Positions 37,305 to 51,522 are shown, counted from the first letter of the stretch. The stretch: 64,000 bases of DNA from Leucoraja ocellata (GCA_036785375.1 JAWMAR010000300.1:248001-312000); one strand, 5' to 3'. Translations and numbers: made by a program. The notes: generated by a model from the letters alone, not told the origin.

Positions 37305-39670
37305 GCGATAGGAAGGAGCTGCCAGAGGAAGAGACGGATACAGTTACGACATTAAAAAGGCGTTTGTTCAGATACATGGATGAGAAAGGTTTGGGAGATG
37401 TGGGCAAGGTGCAAATAAGTTGGACAAGCTTGGTTTGGAACTTTGGTTGGCACGGATGAGCTGGGCCGAGCAGACTCTTTCCATGCTGTACAGCTCAATG
37501 TCTTGGTAACCATCTATGAACCTGTCTAAGTGTCTTTTAAAGGTCGTAATTGTACACGCCTCTAATACTTCTAGCAGGTATGGGCACCACTCTCTGTGTA
37601 AAAAAATTGCCCCTCAGGTTCCTTTTAAATCTCTCAACTTAAAACTATCCCCTGCTAGTTTTAGGCTCCCCTACTCTGGAGGAAAGACTGTGGCTATTCA
37701 GTTTATCTGGCCCCTTTCTGCCTCCAACACTCCAGGGAAAAAAAGCCCTAGTCTCTCCAGCCCATACCATCTCTTTATGCCCAAACCTCCAGACTCAGCA
37801 ACATCCTCGTCAATATTTTATGCACACCTTCCTGTTTAATGATATCCTTAAGGACAACTAGAATTGTACACCATACTCCAAATTTAACCTTGCCACCGTC
37901 TTGAGCAGCAGTAATAGGACATCTGAGATCCTCTGCTCAGTTCTTTGACCGATGAACAGAAGCACACCAAATGCCTTTATCACCTCCCTGTCCAGCTGTG
38001 TCACCATTTTCACGGGACTATATACCAGCATCCCTTAGTGGCTCTGTTCTATATCACTCCCTAGGGCCCTTCCATTTTCTGTGCAAGTACCCCCCTGGTG
38101 TTTCTTTACCAAACCAGACTACCTTGTATTTATCAGAATTAAACTCCATTCCTTGTCCCATTGGCCCAATTGATCAAGATCCCATTATAACCTTAGATAA
38201 TCTTCTTCGCTGTCCGCTATCCAACCAGTTTTAGCGTCTACCACAAATTTATTAACCACGGTGTGCCTCAGGGTTCAGTGCTGGGCCCATTACTGTTTGT
38301 CATCGAAATCAATGATTTGGATGAAAAGATATCATACATGGCAAGATTGGCAAGTTTGCAGATGATACCAAAGTGGGTGATTTTGCAGATAGTGAAGATG
38401 GTTGTGAAAAATTGCAGCAGGATCATGATCAATTGGCCAAGTGGGCTGAGGAATGGTCGATGGAATTTAATATAGAAAAAGGTGAGGTGTTGCATTTTGG
38501 GAAGTCTAACACGGGCAGGACTTACACAATGAATGGTAGGGCTCTGGGTAGTGTTGTAAAGCAGAGGGATCTAGGAGTGCAGGTGCATAGCTCCCTGAAG
38601 GTGGAGTTGCAGGTATATCAGGTGGTCAAAAGGCTTTTGGCACATAGGCCTTCATTAGCCAGAGTATTGAGTATAGAAGTTTGGAAGTCATGTTGCAGTT
38701 GTATAAGACATTGGTGAGGCCACATTTAGAATATTGTGTTCAGTTCTGGGTAGTATGTTATAGGAAATCTGTTGTCAAGCTGGAAAGGTTACAGTGAAGA
38801 CTTATGAGGATGTTGCCAGGACTAGAGGGTCTGAGCTATAGGTAGAGGTTGTGTACGCTGGGACTCTATCCTAGGAGTGCAGGAGGATGAGGGATGATCT
38901 TATAGAGATGTATAAGAACAGAGATAGGTTGAATCTGGAGCGCAGAAGGTTAAGGGGGGACTTGATAGAGGTCTTTAAAATGATGAGAGGGATAGACAGC
39001 GTTGATGTGGACAAGCTTTTCCCTTTGATAATAGGGAAGATTCAAACAAGAGGACATGACTTCAGAATTAAGGGACAGAAGTTTAGGGATAACATGAGGG
39101 GGAACTTCTTTACTCAGAGAGTGTTAGCGGTGTGGAATGAGCTTCCAGTGGAAGTGGTGGAGGCAGGTTTGTTGTTATAATTTAAAAATAAATTTGATAG
39201 GCATATGGATGAGAAGGGAATGGAGGGTTATGGTATGAGTGCAGGCAGGTGGGACTAAGGGAAAAAAAGTTGTTCGGCACGGACTTGTAGGGCCAAGATG
39301 GCCTGTTTCCGTGCTGTAATTGTTATATGGTTATATGGTTATATGGAATAAATTGGGTAGATGCACAGAGCCTCTTGCCCAGAGTAGGTGAATCAAGGAC
39401 CAGAGGCCATAGGTTTAAGGTGGAAAGGATTTAATAGGAATCTGAGGTAACTTTTTCACACAAAGGGTGGTGGATGTATGGAACAAGCTGCCAGAGGAGG
39501 TAGTTGAAGCAGGAACTATCACAACATTTAAGAAGCTGTTAGACAGGACATGGATAGGACAGGTTTGGAGGGATATCGACCAAATGCTGGCAAGTGGGAC
39601 TAGTGTAGCTGGGACATGTTGGTCGGTGTGGGTAAGTTAGGCTGAAGGGCCTGTTTCCACACTGCATCAC
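37305..39670. mobile_element. CR1 cluster: - strand 37510-38257; + strand 38258-39670 with a nested (ATATGGTT)n-subfamily copy at about 38920-39346
   Basis: [16 protein letters not shown]-like and GEVLHFG motifs; the host CR1 resumes after the nested tail at about 39347. Confidence 0.85.
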
Positions 39671-40614
39671 TATGCCACCTACATTCACTTTCAAATTGTT
39701 AATGTAAATAATGAATGACAGTGATCAGTAATGAACGGCATCGATTCTTATGGCATACCATTTGTTACAGGCCTCCAATTGGCGATACAACCCTCCACCA
39801 CCACCCTCTGTCTCCTACCTTCAAGCCAATTTTGTATCCAACAGGCAAGCTCGCCCATGTGATCTAACCTTTCGGACCAGCTTACCATGCAGTATCTTGT
39901 CAAAGGGCTTGCTGCAATTGATCGACCACACTGTCATCAATATTCATTGTCACCTCTTTAAAATTCCAACCTTAAAAAATGCAATCAAATCCATGAGACA
40001 CGATTTCATATACACAAAGCCAAGTTAACAATTGCTAATTAGTCCATGCCTCTCCAAATGCATATAGATTCTGTCCCTCAGAATCCCCTCCAATAATTTA
40101 CCCTCCACGATTTGTCCTTCTTCGTATTAGAGGTCATAGATTTGAGAGAGGCAGTCAGAGGAGCCCAGGGGTACACAACTGTAGTGATTTGCAAAAGGAA
40201 CGTGTTTATTCAGATACAATTGTTCAGGGGAAGGCTTTCTGCGGTCCACATTTATTTATAATGGAGGTTGGTACCTCAGATCCAGTCCACTTATTACCAA
40301 TCAGGGAACACGTGTCACTGTAATCTAATCTCACAGCATTTGCTCACAAACTTATATCATAAATATTCAATTTGTATAATATTTTCCTTCTGGCATTCCC
40401 AGCCCAACCCGAAGCATACTCTGTGTGAAACCGGAGCCAAGATCAGAGGAAACAGCATTGTCTATGGGACTCGACAACATCCCTGCTGGGGTACTAAAAA
40501 CCTGTCCTCCACCTCTATCCAAACTGGTCCAGTGCAGTTAAAATTCTGGCCAACTACTTGACATTGAAAATTGCCTCAGTTATGTCTTCTTCACCAAACA
40601 CAGTCTGGCTAGCT

Positions 40615-42160
40615 CATAGAGATTGGAAACAGGCCCTTTGACTCAATTTGCCCAAGCCGCCCACCATGCCCCATCTACACTAGCCTCATCTGCCTGCGTT
40701 TGGCCCATATCCATCTAAGCCCATCTTTTCCATCTACCTGGCTAAATGTTTCTTAAACATTGTGATACTGCTTGCTTCAATTACCTCTTCCGGCAGCTTG
40801 ATTCACCCTTTGTGTGAAGAAAGTTGTGAGGGAATGTTGCTGGCCACTTAGCAACCAATGTCCGAATGTCATCTTAGTCCTGACCCAAAACGTCAGCCAT
40901 CCTTTTTCTCCAGAGATGCTGCCATGCCCCATCAAGGCTCGTCTCACCTGCCTGTGCTTGGCTCACAACCCTCACAATCTTTTCTATCCATGTACCTGTA
41001 CAAATGTCTTGAAATGTTGTTGCAGCACCTGCTTCAACCACCACGTCTGGCAGCTCGTTCCAGATACCCACTACCCTCTGTGCGAAAAATATAAAATTAT
41101 TCGTGGCGTGGATAGGGTAGACAGTCGGTATGCTTTTCCAAGGGTGAAAATGTCAAAGACTAGAGGCATAATTTGAAAGTGAGAGAGAAAAGTTAATAGA
41201 AATAGGTGGGGTTTTTCTAAAGTTTTACTTTCACTCAGAGTGGCGAGTGTCTGGAACATGCTGCCGGGGGGTGGTGGTGGATGTAGATATGATGGCGGCA
41301 TTTAAAAGGCTTTTGGATAGGCACAGAATATGGATCATCTACAGGCAGAGGAGATTAGTTTAACTTGAGATCATGTTCGGCATGGACATTGTGGGCTGAA
41401 GGGCCTGTTCCTGTGCTGTACTGTTCTATGTTCTACGTTACTCACCCAGGGTTTTTAAATAGTATTTTCCAAACCCCATAATCTGCATCCTCGAGAAGGG
41501 CAACAGGTGCATGCAAACACTGGTTCCCCACCAACTTACAAAGCATCCCAACCAGGAAGTATATTGTCATATCTTCACTGCCACAGGTTTAAATTCACTT
41601 ACCAATACCCCTTATCCTCACTGACCTTACTTTTCTTTCATTCATATTGAATTTAAATTCCACTCCTTGGTAGGGAACATGGTGATAAAGTGACCACAAT
41701 ATCCTTGGAATAATTTGGAATATATGACCTATGTTTCCGCAAACTATTTTAGATTTTCTCACAGCTAGAAGCCTTCTCTAAACTTTTGGTTTTGGTGTAC
41801 AGAGCTATTTCTGTGTCATAACAATTTGTTGGGCTTCTTTTGGTCAGTTTCCATGTTATAATACAATAGAAAATTCACATATGCCACGAGGATATAAGGA
41901 CATAATCAACAATACTGTGTCCTTACTCACATAAAGAGTGGTGGGTGGGTGTATGGAACAAGCTGCCAGAGGAGGTAGTTGAGGCTGGGACTATACCAAT
42001 GTTTAAGGAACAGTTAGACAGGTACATGGATAGGACAGGTTTGCAAGGACATAGACCAAGCGCAGGCAGGTGGGACTACTGTATCTGGGACATGTTGGCC
42101 GGTGTGGTCAAGTTGGGCCGAAGGGCCTGCTTCCACACTATATCACTCCATGACTCTAAA
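40615..42160. mobile_element. Several short CR1 3' fragments in both orientations
   Basis: WNELPDVVVEAG, KIIRGVDRVD and WNKLPEEVVEAG motifs and 3' UTRs. Confidence 0.75.
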
Positions 42161-42784
42161 GTTCACATATTGGGCTGTCACCAATTCTGTTTAAATTCAT
42201 AAAGTCAAAAAGTAGTTAATGCTATGGCATTATGAGTGATTTCAGACAGTACTGAGGGAACAAAAAAATCCTTCAAAGTTAACATCTGTTTTCATTTAGT
42301 GGTTGGAATGAAGCACACCCAGGCTTGTTGTCGAGGCTGAATTTTTGAGTATACTCTGTTGATGAGATATGGATACCTCAAAGAGATTGATGGTTATCTG
42401 CAACGTATTACCACTGTTCCATAAAACAACGAGTGGATGGGACTAATGACTGGATTCAACTTTTATCATGTAATTGAAGCATGCTGTGAAATTAACTCCA
42501 AGAAAAACATTTTTGTAATAGGATATTCTAATAGATTGGATCAAACAATATCAAATGTGGCTTGCCTTGAAAGTAGAAAAAGAGTTTGTGGACAAGAGAA
42601 AAGGGGAGAGGGCGAGGGTAAGAGAAAAAGGGAGTGATGGGAGAGAGGAGGCGGGGAGGAGGGGGGGTGAGAGGGAGAAAAGATAAAGTAGAAGAAAGAG
42701 AGACAGAGTCAGTGTGGAAATAGATCCTTCAGACCAACTCGTCCATATTGACCAAGATGCCCCATCTACTAAGCTGGTCCCATT

Positions 42785-44100
42785 TACATGCATTTGAGTC
42801 CTATCTCGAGAAGGCACAACACTGGACCTCCTGGGAACTAGGTAGGGCAGGTGATTGAAGTGCTAGAGTTGCACTTTGGGACCAATGACTATAACCCTAT
42901 TAGTTTTAAAGCAGTTATGGAAAAAGATCAAGTCCTGAATTGGGGCAAGGACGATTTTGGAAGCATGAGGGGGGAAAACTTGCAGAAGTCGATTGCGACA
43001 GCTTGTTTGCAGGTAAGGAGATGGCTGGCAAGTGTGAGGCTTTAAAAAATGCAATAGCAGAAGTACAGGGTGTTCTTGTTCGTGTGAGGGGTAAGACTGG
43101 CAATTTTAGGTAACCCTGGACGATGAAAGATGTTGAGGCCCTAGTCAGGAAAAAGGAGGAAGGCATTCAATTTAGGCAGTTGGGGACCAAGCAAATCCCA
43201 AGGGTGTAAGAAGTGTTGGTATACGTAAGGAGGCAATCAGGTGAGCAGAAGGAGGACCCGAAATGGACTGGCAGGCAAGGTAAAGGATAATCCTAAATTG
43301 AGTTATAGGAGTTTGGATGTCTTAGATCATATATATTACTAAAGAGTATTACGAAAGTGCACTAAAGTAGATAAATTCTCATGGCCTGACCCAGTACATC
43401 CTCGGAGCTTGTGGGAAGTTAGAGAGGAAACAGCGGGGCCCCTTGCAGGGAGATCTGCATTATCTTTAGCCATAGGTAAAGTTCGAGAAGACTGGAGAGT
43501 GGCTAATGTTCTATCGCTATTTAATAAGGGCAATTAATTAGGAACCAACGTTCCTAACGGATAAATAAAGTTAATTGAAATTGAAATTGAAGGGCAGCAA
43601 CAGAGCTACCGGCTGGTGAGCCTGACGTCAGAGGTGGGAAAGTTGTTGGATGCGCTTCTGAAGCGCATGATCCACCAGTATTTGGATAGGGGGGACTGAT
43701 TAGTGATAGTCAGCATGGGTTTTTCCATAGAAAAATGTGTTGCATAATTCTGACACATGGCAGGATTGTCTAAAAGCTTAGATCACATTGGATTCACATT
43801 TAGCTTGGAGGAATGATTCACAGGGTATTTGGATAGGGTTGGAGACCTTTCTGATTGGAGACCTGTGACCAGTGGAGTGCTGCATAGGTTGTTGCTGGGT
43901 GCACTGATGTCTGTTACATGTTAATGAATTGGGTGACAATGTAGTTAACATTATGAGTACATTTGCAGATTACGTCAACATTGGTGGTGGAGTGGAGAGT
44001 GAGGAAAGTTATCCAAATATACACCAAGATCCGGACCACTTGGGAAAGTGGACAGAGAAATAGCAAATGGAATTTACCTCTGACATGTATGTGGTGTTGG
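42785..44100 (+). mobile_element. Old, heavily mutated CR1 ORF2 (endonuclease end through RT)
   Basis: HFGTNDYN..FK, DKFSWPDPVHPR, EDWRVANV, QHGF and VTSGV remnants with many frameshifts. Confidence 0.75.
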
Positions 44101-44394
44101 GTGCTTTATAAATACAAAATTACATTGATGAAATAGACCTATTTGACAAAGTTAACACATCAGAATCGACATACCAATGCATGCTTATATTTTGCTTTTG
44201 TTCATAGTAAATTCTACATATGGTTTATGTCATAATTTTAAGCTGCATATGAATGTGACAATATTTCTTCAATGCAACACAAATTGCATTTTAAGAATGC
44301 TTTACATTGTTACTAAATGGCTGCAACGTGTAATCAAAGGATTTGTAGGTGCATGTACATTATTGCTGCAAGTTGTTTATTGTTACAGAGGTAG

Positions 44395-45035
44395 AATTTG
44401 AGTTAAGCTTATTGTCACGTAAACTGAAGTACAGTGAAAAGCTTTTGTCGCGTACTAGCCAGTCAGCGGAAAGACAATACAAGATTACAATCGAGCCTCC
44501 AGAGTGTACACATGCATGATGAAGGGAATAACGTTTAGTGCAAGATAAAGTCCAGTAAAGTCCGATTAAAGATAGTTCGAGGGTCTCCAAAGAAGTAGAT
44601 AGTAGCTCAGAACTAGTAGCTCAGACTCTAGTTGTGGGTTGGATGGTTCAGTTACCTGATAACAGCTGGGAAGAAAATGTCCATGAATCTGGATGTGTGT
44701 GTTTGCGCACTTCTATACCTCTTGCCTGATGGGAGAGGGGAGAAGTGGGAGTGGCCGGGATGTGACTGGGGAATACACGTTATTTCCTTTATCGTGTATT
44801 TATTTGTACACTGTGGATGGTAGTTTAATTTAGAGATACTGCGTGCAAACAGGCCCTTCAGCCCACGCCGACCAATGATCACCCGTGCACTAGTTCAATC
44901 CTACACACTAGGGACAATTTACAGAAGCCAATGAAATGACAATTTATATTCACATATTGTCTTTCCGTTGACTAGTTAGCATGCAACAAAAGCTTTTCAC
45001 TGTACCTCGGTACACATGGCAATAAATTAAACTCA
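44395..45035. mobile_element. Rex1/Babar-like 3' ends and a partial HE1 SINE
   Basis: HPGHSHFSPLPSGKRYRS..THTSRFMDIFFPAVIR on the - strand; HE1 tail at about 44820-44935. Confidence 0.75.
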
Positions 45036-45314
45036 ATGGAAGGGAGGGCTTGATTTGTGCGACTTGACCATCAAGTCTGTGCCAATTCTCAAACATTCCT
45101 ATCAGTCCAATATCCCCACATTTCAATTCTCAAATCTCTCTCACGTGTTCCTCTTTATTCTCCTACCCTCTTACAACTGAGGCAGCTTACAGTTGGCATT
45201 TACCTATTATGGTCACAATGAGAATGTGGAGTCTCCATACAAACAGGAGGCGGCTCACTGGCACATCAGGTGGTGCTGCTGCTTCCCAGACCCAGCGACC
45301 TGCGTTTAATCATA

Positions 45315-45912
45315 CACACATAGGTGCAGGAGTAGACCATTCAAGCCAGCACTGCCATTTAATATGATAATGGCTGATCATCTAAAATAAGTACCCAGTT
45401 CCTGCTCTTTCCCCATATCCCTTGATTTCTATAGCCCTAAGAGTTAAATCGAACTCTCTCTTGAAACCATCCAGTGAATTGGCCTCCACTGCCTTCTGTG
45501 GCAGAGAATTTCACAGATTCACAACTCTCTGGGTGAAAAAGAATTGTCCTCATCTCAGTATTAAATGGCCTTCCCCTTATTCTTAAACTGTGAGCCCTGG
45601 TTCTTGACTCCCCCCAACATCAGGAACATTTTTCCTGCATCTAGCCTGACCAATCCTTTAAGAATTTTATGTTTTATATGTTTCTGTAAGAACCCTTCTC
45701 ATCCTCCTAAATTCCAGTGAATACAAGCCCAGCCGACCCATTCATCATATGTCAGTCCTGCCATCCCAGGAATTAACCTGGTGAACCTATGCTGCAATCC
45801 CTCAAAAGCAATAATGTCCTTCCTCAAATTAGGAGACCAAAATTTGCACACAATCTCCAGGTGCAGTCTCACCATGGCCCTGTGCAACAATAATAGAACC
45901 TCCTTGCTCCTA
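45315..45912 (-). mobile_element. CR1 3' fragment
   Basis: VRLHLEIVCKFWSPNLRKDIIA...RFTRLIPGMAGLTYDE. Confidence 0.85.
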
Positions 45913-46137
45913 AACCATTATCATTATGCGAAGTTTGTATATTCTCCCAGTGGTTACGTGGGTTTCCCCCATGATTTCCTTTACTAGTGTGGATGGGTTA
46001 CAGGAGAAACAGAGGTAGTGTTAGAGAGAACAAGATAATAAGACTGATGGAACTGCTCTGAGAACTGCGATAAAAATCAATTAAGAATCAATAGCATTCT
46101 CCGGTGTTCATATTTCCTAGATTTTTTTTAAATGATA

Positions 46138-46399
46138 CCACAGTGGCGCAGCAGTAGTTGCTGCCTAACAGCGCTCGAGAACTGGGTTCATTCTCCCCGT
46201 GACCGTGTGGTTTTTCTCCGAGATCTTCGGTTTCTTCCCACACTCCAAAGATATACAGGTTTGTAGGTTAATTGGCTTTGTATAAATGTAAATTATCCCT
46301 AGTGTGTAGGATAGTGTTAATGTGCAAGAATCGCTGGTCGGTGCGGACTTGGTGGGCCGAATGTCCTGTTTCTATGCTGTATCTCTAAACTAAACTAAA
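46138..46399 (+). mobile_element. HE1-type V-SINE (internally deleted); followed by a - strand HE1 remnant split by a CR1 tail (46400-46775)
   Basis: A-box-like tggcgcagcag, V-domain, ctgtatctct(aaact)n tail. Confidence 0.8.
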
Positions 46400-49300
46400 T
46401 CATATGGGAGGAAAGGGGAGAAACCCCATGTAGTCACAGGGGGAAAGGTTATAAGATCATGTGATAGGAGTAGAATTAGGCCATTTGGCCCATCAAGTCT
46501 ACTCCGCCATTCAATTATGGCTGATCTATCTCTCCCTCCTATTCCCATTCTCCTGCCTTCTCCCCTTAATCTCTGATACCTGTAATAATCAAGAATCGAT
46601 CTATCTCTGCCTTAAATATATTCACTGACTTTGCCTCCACAGCCTTCTGTGGCAAAGAATTCCACAGATTCACCACCCTACGAAGATACAAACTCCATAC
46701 AGGCAGCCCCTGTAGTCAGGATTGAACCCAAAAATCTGGCTCTGTAAGGCAGCAACTACCGCTGCTCCATTGTGGCAACCCGTTTTCAAACCCGAAACGT
46801 CACCTGTCCTTCTCCCTCCACACATGCTTCCTATCCCATCGAGTTCCTCCAGCTTTTTGATTTTTGCTCATTTCCCGCATCTGTAGTTTTTTTGTGTCTA
46901 TACCTTGTTAATGCTCAGAGTTAAAGCCTGACTGTTTAATAAATTGTGTTTAAAATTCATAGGGTAATCATAAAAATATATTTCCCAAGGAAAAGTATTC
47001 AGACTAAATTAGTAATTAACCCATGAAACTAATTGATAGAGTCAGTCCGTAAGAAGCAATCAAGATGTTTTATTTCCTAGATTTTTAATGATATCAAAGG
47101 TCAAGATTGAACCTGCATTAATGGGTTTGTGCAACAAAGGCACTACCTGCTGTAATAATATGTTACGTTGCGTATTCTTAATTAATGGCCGGCATTTAAA
47201 ATCATTACCAATAAATATCTCATTCCGAGTATGTAAATATCTTGTGCTGAATTTGTATTTATATTCTTGCATATTTCCACTATTAAAATTAGGTTAATTC
47301 CAATAGAAATATTCATAAATGTTCCCATTCTAATTAAAAATGCAGGTCATTCCCCATGGTTTACATTGTACCTGTACCTCACTGTGCTTGTGTATATGAC
47401 AATAAGCTAGACCCGAGTTCACGCTAATCCCTGCCTTCCTGCTTGTTGAAGCAAGTTTATCTCAGTTCATGAAATCACATGACTAAGTCATTCAATACCG
47501 CACACTGCAGACATGAATTCCTAAACATGATTTAAGAATGACTGCCCCACAGAGAATGGATCAGTTTGGCTGATTTGAGCAGTAGCAGTAGGATTTATGT
47601 GGAGTAAAGAGCAATATGACAATTTATGGTGTGGAATAAATTAGGTGGTGAAGGGGGGAGGAGGAGGAGGAAGAGCAGGAGGGAAGAAAAAGGCTGTTCC
47701 CAGTGCCTAATACAAGAAAATGTCAATATTTCTTTCTACTGATACCACCAAAGTCATGAGCTACTACTCACACAGGGAATAAAAATGCAGATCACACTGA
47801 GAACCAAACACATTTTGTGCAATGGCCTTTTAAATACCACTACTTCGGGAGAAAAGGTATTAAACATTGGTTGGACTGCAAGTAAATTCAAAACATGTTT
47901 CAGATAGTGCAAAGTATCTTAATACATGAATTTTGCATGTTGTGCTGCTGCTGACATTATGTGGGGAAGTTCTATGCCAGAAATAAAATTAAAAAATGAA
48001 AATCCTCCTGAAATATTTTGTTTTAAATTTTGTGAATTAATTTCCACGACCCTAATTCCTTTCTGTGAAAAGAGTAACTTGTTAATACAAAATACAAAGG
48101 GCTGAAGAAACTGGATAAATTGTCCACCGAGTGGGTCAGATAATGTTAATGTGTGAAAAATATTCAGATGGAAATAGTAATTAACAGATAAAATTAATTG
48201 TGAGTCAGTCTATAAGAAGTAGTCAAGATGTTTTATATTGTATCAATTTTTTTTAATAACAAAAACAAAAATAAATTTATTTTGCAAATAAATGATATAC
48301 CGTGAAACCAGAAACAAGAATAGTTTGAATTTATGCTTATGTCTGGATAATGAAGCAAATCACAGCTATGATTTAGTAACTATTAGTTTGTTAAATATAT
48401 AGAATTAGTTGCCAAAGGAGGCTTTGAGAATAATTGGGAAAATGGTTCATAAAATGCAAACTAACTATTCCATTCCCCATCACGGTTGTACTAAATTACC
48501 TATTCGGTAAGAAGAAACAAGAGTGGACACAAAATGACAGTTATCTTTACAGGGAAAATTCAGAATCTGAATGCTCTCAATAGAGTCTGTTCAGCCCTAT
48601 TCATAAATGTAAGATGATGCATTAAACACATGCATTTGCACCAGTCCTATTTTAGCAAGATGAAATTGCCAAAACTTCAATGATAGGACGTAACATGGTT
48701 TTAGGATATACACACACACTATACTTAGGAAACTGGATGTACTTGTGGTCTACCAATTCAGATGAAGATTTGTCTGTGCTTTAACAGCTTAAACTCTCCA
48801 TTGAAGTCAAAAGAAAATCATCAGTTCCATGAAACAGTGACCATTTCAATGCTAGTTTATAATTCTATTTTACAATTTCTGCCATTCACTCCTAGCCATC
48901 CTTACTCCTTGCACTTTTTCAAAAAGCAGTTCAAGTTTAATACGGAAGCCTCTGTCTCGAACCATTCAAAGGCCAACATTTCCTTCAGCCCAACTGTTAC
49001 AAACATCCAATTTCCATCAGAATAGTTATAATAATGTAGTTGTAATATACTATATACAAAATAACAATAGCGTTGTTTCTCTAAAATCCCATGTATGCAT
49101 CATATTGTTTAAGAAGGAACTGCAGATGCTGGAAAATCAAAGGTACACAAAAAAGCTGGAGAATCTCAGTGGGTGCAGCAGCATCTATGGAGCGAAGGAA
49201 ATGGGCAACGTTTCGGGCTGAAACGCTTCTTCATACTTTGTTAACCATGTTTTATAGCTGTTAGTTTGAAACAATTAAATTAAACTGTAACAATTTATAA

Positions 49301-51388
49301 CCACAGCTACTTAAATACAAATGGAGCTCCAACTTATCACAGCATCTTGCTGCACTTCATGCATGGTTGCAGCCACATCTGGCAAAAATAGCATGCATTT
49401 TACTGAATATGCCATTGCCAAAAGTTTACAAAGTTCAGTAGATTCCCATGACATTAATATACATTTTCATGGGAACTGAAAATGATGTCGTGGAAAACTG
49501 TCACTTCATGACAAGCAGACTGAAAATCTGTCTCGTCTTCAGGATATTCATTAACATCACAACATTTCATCATCCTCCTTGTTGAAGCAAATGTACAAAA
49601 CAACATGTCCAGTTGGTGCCATATGCCACAGAAGAGTTGATCATGGGATTAATGTAAGTATTATTAGAGCTCCCAAGATCCAACATTTGTTTAGAAAACC
49701 TTACCCTTTTGCTTCCTGCATTATTGTTGGACATTATTTCATTATGTTAAGATCTTGTATCCAACTCATCTTCACACTCTAAAATGTTGCATTTCGAGAT
49801 TGTGTGGTCAGCTGAATTGGCACTTTTTTGACAACATTGATCATGCAGCGCTTTACAGTATTTAAAATAAATTCAACATTGCTTTACAAGGGGAAAAAAG
49901 GAATAGCTATAACATTGTAATAGAGGCCAAAATAAGAGGTGACTGAAAAGTTTGTGGAGAAAATGTCCGAAGGATTTTTAGTACATTTTAAACAACTTAA
50001 TGCTATACATAAATACAATCTAATCAAACTCAAGTTCAATGGATAAAGCTAATGGAAAGATACAGAGTGCAGAATATCGTTCTCAGCATTGTAGTGCATC
50101 AGTTCCATAGACAAATGTCCAATATTCACAATGAGGTAGAGGTGAACCAGATGGCACCCTAGCTTATGTAAGGACTGTTCAGAAGTCTGATAAAGAAGCT
50201 GCTCATGAGCATGATGGTGCAGTCTGTCAATCTTCTGCCGGGTGGGAGCAGGGAGAAGGAGGAATGACCAGGGTGGGACTGGTTTTTAATTATGTTGGCT
50301 GCTTTTCTGAGGCAGCATGAAGTGTAGATGGAGTCAATGGTGGGATGTTGGGTCTGCGAGTTGAATTGGGCTATATCTACAACTCTGCAATTTCTTGCAG
50401 TCTTAAGCAGAGCTGTTCCCAAACCAAGCTGTGATGCAACCTGACAGTATGCATTTTATGGTGCATCTGTGAAAGTTTGTAAGAATTATTGGAGACATAC
50501 CAAATTTCCTCAGTCTCCTCAGGAAGTAGAGACATTGGTGTGCCTTCTTGGCTGTTGCATCAATATGGTTTGTACATGACTAATTGTTGGTAATATTAAT
50601 GTCAAAGAACTTAAAGCTCTCAATAATTTTCTATTTGGATCCATTGATGCTGAGTGGAGCATATACTCCATCATGCTTCCTTAAGTGGCTAACTAGTACC
50701 TTTGTCTTGCTGACATTGAAATAGAGGTTATTGTCCTGACACCATGTTACTAACTTTCCCATCTCCATCCTGTACTCCATCTCATCATTGTTCATCATCC
50801 GGCTCACCACAGTGGTGTCATCTGCAAACTTGTAGATGGTGCGAGAGCCGAATTTGGTCACACAGTCACGAATGAACATGAAGCACAGTAGGGGAATTGC
50901 GAATGCTTCCTTGCGGGGCACCAGTGTTCAGAATTATTGTGGAGGAGGTGTTGTCATCAATCCTCACTGACCCTGGTCTGTGGGTCAGAAGGTTATGGAT
51001 TCAGTGGCAGAGCGGGTGCTGATTCCTTGGTCCAGGAGTGTAGAGATGAGTTTTGGAGGGGATTATGATGTTGAATACAGAGCTATAACCCCTCAAAAAA
51101 TAGAAGTTTACTGTAGGAGTCCTTGTTGTCTAGATGTTCCAGAGATGAGTAAAGGGCCAGGGAGTTGGCATCTGCTATGCACCTGGTGCAATGGTAAGAA
51201 AACTGCAGTATATCAAGGCTGGTTGGAAGGCCGCAGTTAATATGTTCCATCACTAGACTCTCGAAGCACTTCATGATGGTGGTCAGAGCCACTGGATAGT
51301 AGTCATTATGGCATGTTACTTTACTTTCTTTGGCACTGGGATGATGATGATCCTCTTGACACAGGGGCCCCAGAATGCAAACTCCCCG

Positions 51389-51522
51389 TCAGTCTGAAGA
51401 AGGGTTTTGGCCCGAAACGTTGCCTATTTCCTTCGCTCCATAGATGCTGCTGCACCCGCTGAGTTTCTCCAGCATTTCTTTGTGTACCCACAATTTTCCA
51501 GCATCTGCAGTTCCTTCTTAAA
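51389..51522 (+). mobile_element. Penelope-like terminal fragment nested in the Rex-like LINE
   Basis: Nearly identical to the sequence that follows the GIY-YIG C-terminus at 58596-58728. Confidence 0.8.
51392..51424 (+). ncRNA. Minimal type I hammerhead ribozyme motif (PLE-type)
   Basis: CTGAAGA-A-[GGGTT-TT-GGCCC stem II]-GAAAC-GTT, with a palindromic ACGT stem III and a very short stem I. Confidence 0.6.

Noticed and set aside
40430-40610. Very old LINE RT-upstream remnant (resembling GPDNIPA..LK..PLSKL)
   Set aside because: Too short and degraded to classify or bound reliably.
42595-42710. Polypurine tract (possible H-DNA)
   Set aside because: Ordinary low-complexity GA-rich sequence with no clear mirror symmetry or functional context.
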